DNA from: Prorocentrum cordatum | Taxonomy: Eukaryota | NCBI GenBank assembly: GCA_963575745.1 | Contig: CAUYUJ010000181.1 | Span: 372,001 to 436,000, forward strand | DNA length: 64,000 bases | Direction: 5' to 3' | In this document: piece after piece, positions 53,501 through 64,000 of the stretch | Position numbering within the stretch: position 1 is the first letter of the stretch | Layout: each line of letters begins with the position of its first letter | The notes under the pieces: model-generated | What the model was told of the DNA's origin: nothing | The model's input: only the letters and a program-made list of their open reading frames with translations | The model's database searches: none | Position numbers and translations under genes: made by a program

Positions 53501-56500
53501 TCCAGATTTCGTAATACAGGGAGGGGGGTCTCGTTTCGGGGGGGGTCTTTTCCAAGCTATCTTGGAGGGCCTGGGGGGGTCTGGGGACGATGTTTTGGAG
53601 GGTTATCCCACGGGGGAGGTCTGAAATGGCTTGTCTTGGAGGGTCCAGACCCCCTCCCTTTTATTACGAAATCTGGAGCGCAAATTGCGCCCAGCCGTGG
53701 CGACGAGGGGCGCCCCCGAAGGCCAGCTAATTACCGCTGTCTCAACTCGCCCTCGTCTCATCGTCGTCGTCGTCGCCGCCGTCGTTGCCGTCTCTGGCGT
53801 CCATTCAAGGCGATCGGGGCCCCGGCAGAACGCTCTCGGCGAGGCGCAGCTGCTGGAAGTCATCCCGAGGCTGGAAGTCATCCCGAGGCTCGGAAGCCGC
53901 CGAGAGCCGACGAACACCCGAAAACTTCAAACGACCGTTGTCTCAACTCGCACCCCTCTTGAGCAGGGACCGACCGGCCTGGCGTTCCCACAGGCCTGCC
54001 ACGACACGTTCTGCAACAGCTGCCCCAGAGCATGACGCGGATGCGATCGAGCGAGACGGCCTCAGCCAGAGATGACCCAGGAGCCCCTCGCGCAGACCAC
54101 AGCAGGTCCTCGGAGCGTTCCCTGGTGAACCCGCGGGCAGGCCAGGACGCCTCGCCACTGTCGAGAATCGAACTCGAGTCGAGCTGGAGTTGAACTGGAG
54201 TCGAGCAGACCTGTTAGGCAGACCCCAAGAAGGTCCTCCGAACCAACACCACCAGAACCCCACGCCATGATTTTTGTCAAAGCGTGGACCCCCGAAGGCC
54301 TCGACGCATTCCCCAATCGACTGACCCTCCGATCCCGGGCGCGGGGCCTCCGCCCCCCGGGGCCCCGTGGGGGACGACATCCCTTGCGGAGGGGGCCTCC
54401 GCCGCCCGGGGGAGGCGCTCCGCGGCCCGCGCCAGCCGCAGCGCCACGGCCAGCGCCGCGCGCTCCGCGTGGCCGGCGGAGGTCTGGTGCAGCGCCAGGG
54501 GCAGCAGCTCCGCGCAGTCCGGGCCCCTCCTCGGCGGGGGCTGACGTCACGGGGGAGGGGGGCCCGCCGACCTCGGCGCTGCAACGTGTTTGCGCGCCGG
54601 GCGTGTTCGCCCGGCTGCGGGCCCCAGGACCTTTCGCAGATCGAGGCGGCTCAAGCACGTGATGCCGAAAACACCGCGGTCTGGGCATGGGGGGGATGCT
54701 GGCATGAGTGGGGGTGCTGTGGATGCAGGCTCGGGGGGGGGCAGCTGCGGGGACGGCCCCCCCTCCTCTGAGGGGCAGCGTTGGCAAAGGCAGCTGCGTT
54801 CGCGCTGGGCACTGCGCGAAGCGCGACGCCCTTGGCGCTCTCGCACCAGACCCACGGGGGAGGATGAGGATGGGGACGATGAAGATGAGGAGGAGGAGGA
54901 GCAGGAGGAGGAGGAGGAGGGGGAGGAGGGGAAGGAGGAGGAGGAGGAGGAGGAGGAGGAGGAGGAGGACGAGGAGGAGGAGAGCAAGAGGACGATGAGG
55001 ATGAGGATGAGGATGAGGAGCCGCGAGAGTCGCGAGCCGCGAAGCACTCGGCGCCCCCGTGGCGGCCCTTGGCGAGGGAGGGCCGGCTCCGGGGAGGGCA
55101 GCGTCGAGCTGGCATCGGCGAGCTGCATCGCCGATGGATCTCGGCGGCAGGGCCCCGAGATCGCGCAACCGCACGCTCCCGGGCGGGGTGGGCCATCTTG
55201 AAGGGGGCCCAAGGACGCACAAATAAGTGCACACAAATCCAAGAGGGTTCCCCACAGTTTCCCATGTCTTCTTGGTTTCTGTCTCCGCCCCCGCTGCCCC
55301 TATGTTCCCACATGTTCCTGGGAGTCGACGATTCATTGTGTCTGTGTGCTTCTTTCCCTCCTGATATCTGGAGGCCTCCCAGGTGGGGTCCGAGCAGGCG
55401 GGGTCGGAGGATCACGCTGCCTCGGCGATGCATCGCCGATGCATCGCCGATGCGTCGCCGATGCATCGGCGCCATCGGCGGGGAGAAAATCGTGCCCCAC
55501 ATCGAGCTGCATCGGCGATGCGCAGCGATCCTCCGGCCCCGCCTGCTCGGACCGCTGCCCTCATCAGATTAAGGAATCCTCCAGGGTCTGAGGCCTCCTG
55601 GACGCATTTCTTAACGAACGCCCCCACCATAAAACGAGACCAGCATGCAGAGTCGGCCGCCACAAGCTTCTGGGCTCGACGCTGGACCTGAAGGGGCCCA
55701 GGGGCACACAGATGAATACACACACAACTCCCAAGATTCCCATCTTGTCCTGATTGGCGCCTTCCCCCCGGAATCGACGACTCTTTGTGTCTGTCTAATT
55801 GTTCCCCTCCTGAAGACCCCCCTCCACGGCGCGCTCATCGCGCCAGGGGCGGCGCCGGAGGCGCCGCCAGGGGGACGGAACGCCGATTCAAGAGATCTGT
55901 GCGGACATCCGAGAATGTTTGTGGATGCCGTTTTTGATCCTTCCATGAGAAAATCAAGAACGCGCCGGTCGGACCAACCCCCCTCGGCGTGCTACTGTTG
56001 ACATGGTTCCAGGCTCTGTGCACCGGGAGGCTGCGTAGCACGCGCAGCTTGAAAGACGGCGCGCGCGCGTGCCATTGCTGTTTTTCTACCCCTCCCCAGC
56101 CTCGACAGAGGGGAAAGGAGCCGGCTACGCGCGAGAATGACCCTGGGCACGAGTGACCTCTGACACGTGGCTTGCCGATCCTTGCGTGCGTTGCGGCAGC
56201 AGCGGCCGGCGTGACTGGGTTTGGCACCCCCGCGCCGTCCGAACGACGCGCGCCAAAGATCACTGTGGCGAAGGGCCACTCATTACGTGCAGCCGCGCGA
56301 TAGGTGAGGATGGACACCAAGGCTGGGGTAACGCTGTGGCTGGTTAGCGGCGTGATTGGGAATCTGGTGTGTGACACTTAGCTTGCGCAAGAATAGCTAT
56401 AGGAAATCACGAACCACCCTTTCCGACATTGCAGATCTGCGAATGTGTCGAGCGAATGCGACACAGCGGACAGCGCGAACCACGCTATCCTACCATTGCT

Positions 56501-57344
56501 TCGGCCAGGTGCAGTCCCGTCCACCACACCGAGACCCACCACGCCGTCACGAAGAGCACCGTGAGCCCGTCGTCGGGGATACTTCGGTGCAAACTCATGG
56601 TAGCTTTCTCTACCATCTTGTCGGCCCTTGCGAATCGACGCTACTCGACGCCAGATCGACGCTAATCGATGCTTAATCGACACTATATCGACGCTAGATC
56701 GGCGCATCTCATGTACTCCCAGACGCTGGTCGACGCTAGTCGACGCCGCAGACAGAATTACGAGGGTACACCGGGCTCCAATGATTTGCCGCCGAGGGAT
56801 ACTAGCTCGGGAGCGGCCAAGAGTGGGGCGTCCAAGAGGGTGGGACACAAATCATGGCCGGCGGCACGTGCGCGGCCCAGAGGGGGTGGGGCCAGGGACG
56901 TAATGAAATATGAAGAGGCGCCATGAGATCTGGAGGAATATCATGGCCCACGCTATGATATCCCCCCCCCAGCTCGGGGGCGCGCACACGTGGATTAGCG
57001 ATCCATGGATTTGGCGCGCGGTCGCCTAATCCATGGATCGGAGGAGGTGCCCTCCCCCAAATGGGGTCGGTGCCGCCTCGCTCGGCGGCGGAGACCCGCG
57101 ACTCCCCATGGAAACGGGACCCGTCGCTAATCCACGTCCCCTTGATCCATGTTCGCGATCGCCTGACTAGTCATCACCCCCCTCTTGGCCGCCACCGACC
57201 AGCGCAGGCCCAGCACCCGGCACACCGCGCAGGTGCTCCGCGGCACCCCGCCCCCGCCCCGGGGGCTGTCCCTTGCGTGCCTGCTGCGAGCAGCCACCCG
57301 CCGGAGAGACGAGGGCCCCGTGGCACGGATGCTTGTTCCCTCGA

Positions 57345-57514
57345 GGATTAGGTCGGGCCTGGCGCCCCGCCTTACAAGGGGGATTTTGGACGAGCAGTCA
57401 ACAAAAGTCAAAGGATACTCCAAGTTTTTCAAGAATGCTCCAGACATCGTCCCCTGACTATGCTTTGACTATCTTTGAATATTCCTCCTGTAGAGGGACA
57501 CGCCCGACTCAACT
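57345..57514. mobile_element. MITE family A copy
   Basis: TTAGGTCGGGC...CCTGTAGAGGGACACGCCCGACTCAA; shares the internal ACATCGTCCCC motif with other copies. Confidence 0.8.
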
Positions 57515-57569
57515 CGAGGAGGATGAGGAAGCGGGACCACAGAGCTTCATTAGAAGAAGAAGAAGAAGA

Positions 57570-57745
57570 ATAAACGCCATGAACATAAACTTTTGGCGCT
57601 CCGCGCGGATTTCTCGGATCCGCGCTGGACCCCCCTCCCTGGCGCGCGCAGCGCGCCGGGCGGCTCCGGAGGCGCCGCCAGCGCGGACCCAAGGAACCCG
57701 CGCGGAGCGCCAACAGTTGATACTTATAGCGTTGTTTCTTCCTCG
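57570..57745. mobile_element. Foldback element with long inverted repeats
   Basis: TTGGCGCTCCGCGCGGATTTCTCGGATCCGCGCTGG...CCAGCGCGGACCCAAGGAACCCGCGCGGAGCGCCAA; second copy at ~62740-62960. Confidence 0.8.
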
Positions 57746-59864
57746 ATTCATCCGACTCGGCCGCGACCGTTGTCCAGGCAGACCGGGAACACAACACGAG
57801 CCGACCTGCGACAGGCAAGCAAGCTCATGCACTTCACCGTCACGCCTCATGACACGCATGGTGAGCCAGTGTAGTTATTTGAAGTGCGGCGCCGATACCG
57901 TGCCGCACGTCGACCTCAGAGAGGGGATCGCCCTCTCCGCGCATGCAGCCAAGGGGCGGGCCGTCCATTCGGTCAAATGTCGGGAACTGCAAGCTCCAGC
58001 GGTGAGCACTCCGATTTGGCTTTTAAGCGCTGCAACAATTGGAATTTTCAGGCCTCGCGCGTAGGGGGGCCTCGCGCGAGAGCCAGGTTTGGAAGCGATG
58101 CGGCGGTCATCCGCGCACATCTGGCAACTCGATCTTCTTGATCGTAGAACTTAGGGCGTCTCAGGCGACAGGTGCATTTGAAAAGGCGGCGCTCCTCCCC
58201 ATCCCTACAGCGGATGATGATTCCGAGTTTATGATCATACAGCCCGAGGAAGTCTCACTCGAAAGACACACTTTCTCCAAATAGGCTTGCCCTACAGAAG
58301 CTGTGACTCAAACCCTACTAATTGGTCCGTTGCCCCCCCTGAGACCTATGCCCCCCCCGAATTCCTATGGCTATGCCGATGCCCGATGCCTACGCCTATG
58401 CCTCCCCCCTAACTCCTATGCCTACACCAATTCCTATGCCTATGCCTATGCCTATGCTCGCTTGCGCTTGCTTGCTTCCGCTTGCTTGCTTGCGCCTGCT
58501 TGATCTTGCTCCTCCCGTCCTGCTCCCGTCCTCCGGTCGTCCTCCTCCCATCCTCCTCCTGTCCTCCTATCTATTTGGAGTCAACGCTGGCTGATATGAA
58601 AGCGTGCCGCCCTCCATCCGTGCACAAGCTGGAGACTTTGAAAAGCGAATGCTCGCGGGGCAGCGGCGAGATCAACATGCTCAGGGCCACTCGCCCTCCA
58701 TCCGTGCAGCTGCTGGGGACGCCTAGAACGCACGCTCGCGAATCTAAAACGAGCGACACACTTGAGAACGGAGTGCCCCGAATCCGTATGGCTGCTGGAG
58801 GCTCAATAGCGAAGGTGCAGAATACTGCGATGGCTGCACTTTGAACAACCGCCGCCAGCCCCCCATGTAGTTGCTGGCAAGTCCCGAAGATGTGGCGTAA
58901 TCTTCCTGTGCGGGAATATATAAGGAACCGCCCCGGCCGCACCCAATAAACGTCTGCTGGTGCCATGACGAAGAGGGATGCAGGAGGTGGGAGCACGAGA
59001 GGAGGGATGAGGAGGAGCAATCGCAGGAGAGGGGTGAAGGGGGGGGGGGGCAGGAGGAGGGCGATGAGACGAGGAGATGGTGGGGGGCTTCCACTTTGAC
59101 CGTCCTAGCCCCAGTGGCGACGGGGAAGCATATCCTTCTCCAGTCCTTTCCTGCTTGTAAGAGGAGCGGGGCCCTCCTCCTCCTCCTCTTGCTCCTCCCT
59201 CCTCCTGATCTTCCCAACCCACTGGCTCAACCTCCTTCGGCACGACCCCCCTCAACACCACAGCGTACCCCTCCGCGCTTCCCAGGGCCGGTGTCTCCTC
59301 CCGAGCCGTTTCGTGACGGCCCCGAAGGACGGCGAGGGGAAGACACCCCAACGGTGTGCTTGAACACGTTGGGGGCCTGGGTCCCCTCTAAAAAAGTGTG
59401 GTCCACTATTCGCAAAGTAGCTACTCGCAAATGGCCTGAATCCATTGCGTCGAGGCACACAGGCTCCATTGCATCGAACAACGCTCGTTTTTGATGACGC
59501 TCGCGAGTAGGCACTTTGCCAGTATTGGAACGAGCTCAGTGACCCTCGTCTCAGCGCGGTGAGGGAGGGTCCGGGGGGAAAGTGCCCCCGAGGGGCTGGA
59601 GGGCGTTGCTCGGGCGGGTGGTACCTGGGGGGTGACCTACTGAATGGGGCGTGAAGAAGAGGGCCCTGCAGGGGACGCTTCCTCCCACCCCCCACGTAGG
59701 CCACCCCAATGGACCACCCGCCCGAGCATTGGGATCTGGGAGAGGCCTTCCCAGGCTCTGCCGGCGCACCATGGGGGCCTCCCAGAGAGGGGCGGAGCCT
59801 CATACCCCCCCGCCCCTGGGGTCGTCGTCGTCGTCCTCCTCCTTCTCCTCCTGCTGCAACACAC

Positions 59865-60073
59865 GAGTCCAGGAAAAGACGCACGAGATGGAGGACAACG
59901 ACGGAGACGAGAAGAGAAACCCCAACACGACGAGAAAGAGTGTGACACGTGCCACCGCCCTCCCGAGACTCGAGGCACGAGTTGTCACACGTTGCGGGCT
60001 CCCGCGCGCCCAGGAACAATCGCAAAAATGGTGGACTGGCACTGTGGCGGAACTTGCCACAGACAGCTGGATT
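59865..60073 (+). repeat. Dispersed repeat ending in GTGGCGG(A/G)ACTTGCC(G/A)CAG(G/A)CAGCTGGAT
   Basis: Colinear homolog at ~62120-62347 (ACGAGAAAGAGTGTGAC shared). Confidence 0.75.
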
Positions 60074-60089
60074 GCTCTGCCATCCTCCA

Positions 60090-60107
60090 GCTCATCGTCG
60101 TCGTCCA

Positions 60108-60171
<64 letters not shown>

Positions 60172-60466
60172 AGCATCATCATGTCATCACCATCACCATA
60201 ACCATCACCATCACTATCAGCAGCAGCATCACCATCTTCACCATCATCATCCGCATCAGCAGCATTATCCTCGTCAAGATCAGCATCATCATTGGCATCG
60301 TCGTCACCGCCACCACCACCTCCACCATCATCATCAGCAGCATCATCAGCAGAATTGCCATCATGATCATCATCATCAGCATCATCATCATTACCACCAT
60401 CACCATCGTCATCATACTCATCAGCATCCTCATCAAGATTCACCACCATCATCACCATCATCTTAC

Positions 60467-60511
<45 letters not shown>

Positions 60512-61132
60512 CCATCATCATCGCCATCAGCATCGTCATCATCATCATCCTCATCGTCATCAGTATCCCCACCGTGCTAAGAATCATCATCATCATCAGC
60601 ATCATCATCATCATCATCATCATCGTCATCATCATCATCAGCATCACCATCACCATCATCATTATCATTACCATCAGCATCAGCATCATAATCAGCATCA
60701 CCATCACCATCAGCAGCATCAACATCATTATCATCGTCACCATCATCACCACCATCATCATCCGCATCAGCATCATACTCAGCATCATCATTGTCATCCT
60801 CCTCATCCTAAGCCTCCGTCTCCTCATCACCGTCAGCAGCAGCAACATTCGCATCAGCATCCACATCAGCATCACCTTCACAAGCATCGTCAGTATCCGT
60901 ATCATCCTCATCATCGTCATCATCATCATAACCACCACCACCATCATCATCATCGTCACCACCACCATCACCATCATCATCAGTATCACCATCCCCACAC
61001 CAACATCAGCATCATCAGCATCATCATCACCATCATGATCATCATCAGCCTCATCATTCTCATCATCACCAACATAATCAGCATCGTTATCATCAACAGT
61101 ATCAGCATCATCATCATCAACAGCAGCATGGA

Positions 61133-61167
<35 letters not shown>

Positions 61168-61243
61168 GAATCATCATCATCATCACCATCACCTTTACCA
61201 TCATCACCATCATCATCAGCATCATCATCATCGTCACCATCAC

Positions 61244-61292
<49 letters not shown>

Positions 61293-61335
61293 GTCACCAT
61301 CATCGTCGTCACCATCATCACCATCGTCAACATCC
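60090..61335. repeat. ~1.25-kb degenerate (ATC)n microsatellite
   Basis: Direct inspection; it produces the spurious poly-His/Ile/Ser/Met/Asp ORFs. Confidence 0.97.
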
Positions 61336-62739
61336 CCGTCCGCCACCGCGCCCCGCCCCTGGCAAACTGGGGCGTGGTGGAAGGCCAAGTGCTGCCCGCA
61401 GGGTTTCTGCGATCTTCTGCGGGGCACCCTTCCCCGAGGCCACGGGCCTCGGCCCCTCGTACAAAAAAAAGACTGTGGATCCGCGCTCCCGAGGTGACCC
61501 AAAGACTACGCTGCCCTGCAGCAGAACAGTGGATTCACGCTGCCGAGGTCACGGCCCAAGGTAAAACAAACAATGGATCCGCGCCCCCCTAGGGCCACGA
61601 CCCCTCCCAAGGCACAATGGGTCCGCGCCCCCCAGCTTCCACGACGGCCGAGGCAGGCAATCCAGGCCGCCGAGGTGTCCCGAGATGCCTGGACCATGGC
61701 CTATAGCCTGAGATGGTCCAAGGCGGCCCAAGATGGCTTCAGGACGGTCCGAGGGGCCCCCAGGACGGCCCAAGAAGACCTCAAGAGGACACTCAGCAGG
61801 GCCCGAAAAAGGCCTCCAAGGTGGCCCCAAGACGGCCAAAGAAAGCCCCATAGTGGCCACCAACGTGTCCTCCGAGGCAGCCTTACGTCAGCCCGCGAGG
61901 CACCTAGGCGGCCAAGCAGGGCCGCCTCAAGAGAGCCCCGAGCTGGCCCAAGAGGGCCTCCAGAGGGGCCCTAAGACGGCCGTAGGAAGCGCCTCGACGG
62001 CCCAAAGACACCCGCAAGAGACCCCAGCCAAGATGGCCTCAAGACTGCTGAAGCGAGCAGTAGATGGCCCGGCAGGGCCCAGAGCTGGCCCAAAATGACC
62101 CAAGGGACCGCCAAGACTGCCCCACAGAGGCCCAAGAAAAGACAGAAGAAAGGTTACACATCATTGACGAAGACGAGACGAGAACCCCCGACACAACGAG
62201 AAAGAGTGTGACCCATGTTAAGGCTCCCCCAAGCTTCGGGACACAAGGTGTCATAATACGTTCCAGTCTCCTGCTTGCTCACAGACCAGTCGTCACCACA
62301 GAGGTTGGAATGACATGGTGGCGGGACTTGCCGCAGGCAGCTGGATATCTTCTCCTCCTCCGCCTCCTCCTCCTTCCCTTCTCTTCCTCCTCCTTCTCAT
62401 CCCTCCTTTTCCTTCTCGTGCTGATCGTCCTCGCCGTCCTTGTCCCGCTTCTCCTCGCTTTTACCTCCCCCCTTCTAGGGTCGAGGAGCGTCTGCGTGGC
62501 GCGTCGCGGCGGCGGCCCCGGCGACGCGCTCTACTTTGAGAGCGGATCGCGCGTCGCTCCGCTCCGCGGGACGGGAGGCCTGGGAAAGGAGCTCGGGACT
62601 TTGGCGCTCGGGGTTGCTGGGGAGTGGATGTAGCGTGCCGCGCCGAAGCGCGGATGGCCAGAGCAGGCGGAGCGACACGCTGTCCAAAAGATCCTGACCG
62701 TACCTCCGCCTCTCACTCTTGTCATCACAGGGGAAAGAA

Positions 62740-62960
62740 CAAATAACATAAACATGAAAACCTCTCTGAGGTCCGCGCGGACTTCTCAGATCGGCGCTGG
62801 ACCCCCCTCCCCAACGAGCGCGCCAAGGGCGGCGCCGGAGGCGACGCCGGGGGGGGCCCAGCGCGGATCCAAGGAATCCGCGCGGAGCGCCAACAAAATT
62901 ATGTTGATGGAGCTTTTGTTATTCTTCTCGACTTCATGTTTATGTTGATGGAATTAAATA
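62740..62960. mobile_element. Foldback element, second copy
   Basis: Homologous to 57570-57745, with TCCGCGCGGA inverted motifs. Confidence 0.7.
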
Positions 62961-64000
62961 TTTTTCTTATTCGACTTCATTCTTCTCATCATTATCCTTC
63001 TCGTCATCATCCTCCGCCCCCGGTCGTTTCCCTCCCTTGCCGTGCCCTCCTCCCCCGCCCTGGCTTCGAGCGAGTGAGTGCCGGGGAGCAGACCGCCGTC
63101 TGCCACGGGGGTCCTCTGATAGCTCGCCCAGTAGCCAGGCTCGTGCAGAGTCTCCTCCAGCTCGCCCAGCCTGGGCACCGCAGCGCAGGGGGGGGGGGGG
63201 CAGCCTGCACGCAGGCTCCAGAGCGCCTCTAGCAGACTCGGGGAGGACGAGGGAGAGGAAGAGAAGGAGAGGGGAGGAGAAGAGGGCGAAGGAGAAACAC
63301 CCATATGGCATTGCTATTCGTTTCCTTGCCCCGTTTTTTTTTTGTTTCTCTCTCTCTATACATATATATGTCCCCCACTCACTCTCTGCACATAATACTA
63401 TATATCTGTATGTCTCGGAAGCCAGGGGGTGAGATCGCAGTGAAACGGAGAGCCCACCACGGGGAGATCGGTTTCGGTTTCGTGTTCGTGTTCGTGTCGT
63501 GCGTGCGGGCGAGGCGAAGCTGCGTGGGCGAACGAGAGGCATGCACCCGCGCTGCTGGGGCGAAGCCGGGCTCAATGGTTCCCCTCCCCCTGCTGGCCGC
63601 CGGTGGCTCGGGGGTGTAACGACGGTGTTCCGTGGCGCGGTGTCCATAGGGGCCCCTGGTGTCCCGTGGCGGGGTGTCCCGTGGTGTCCCATGAGGTCGA
63701 TTGTGAGATCGATCGTGAGATGGACAATGGGATCTATAGCGAGCAGCCCAATCGACAGATGACACCAGCCCTCTGGGCGTAGGTGGTCTAACGAGCTTCG
63801 TCTTCTCTCCGCCCGAACCCCTCCTTCCCCTGCTCGGGGGAGGGGTGTTTCCCTCCTCCTCCCCCCTCCCCTGGGTCTGGGAGGGGGGTGCGCGGGTAGT
63901 TAGAGCGACCAAGACGGCCCAAGAAGACTCCAAGAGGGCCTCAGGAAGCCCAAGATGGCCTGCAAGATTGCTCAAGATACCTCAAGATGGTTCAAGATAG

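Noticed and set aside
51934..55502. Several 280-490 aa ORFs with poly-P/G/L/E runs (also 24429-26005)
   Set aside because: Stop-poor GC-rich repeats and triplet tracts; no domain signatures.
57875..58284. Possible RT fragment (MCADD) or integrase fragment (WQLDL)
   Set aside because: Isolated short motifs without supporting neighbouring motifs.
59949..61592. Long poly-His/Ile/Asp/Met ORFs
   Set aside because: Translations of the (ATC)n microsatellite.

Overview
GC-rich, repeat-saturated eukaryotic DNA, very probably dinoflagellate nuclear DNA: it carries an exact 22-nt dinoflagellate spliced leader (DinoSL), and the GC content and repeat landscape are Prorocentrum-like, which is inference. 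Only one convincing host gene is present, an intronless secreted Pro/Thr-rich protein with a GDPH/VWD-like C-terminal domain (18892-20592, -). The rest is (GGA)n/(CCT)n, (ATC)n and (CTATG)n microsatellites, minisatellites, several MITE/foldback families and at least seven retroelement copies. These are: an apparently intact two-ORF APE-RT LINE (44683-49641, -); a frameshifted LINE with an RNase H domain (32882-38610, +); an intact Cys-rich Penelope/TERT-like RT ORF (38789-40798, +); a decayed Penelope-like RT (about 2954-5474, -) lying behind a LINE-type ORF1 (5798-7030, -); a 5'-truncated RTE-like LINE with an 11-bp TSD; and two further LINE fragments. The strongest signals are three. The intact LINE starts exactly with a perfect spliced leader fused to a (GAG)n tract, and two other elements start with SL relics at microsatellite junctions. 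Most retroelements are bounded by the same trinucleotide microsatellite. In all three ORF1-bearing elements the ORF2 (+1) frame stays open across ORF1. All calls come from reading motifs by eye; no database searches were run.
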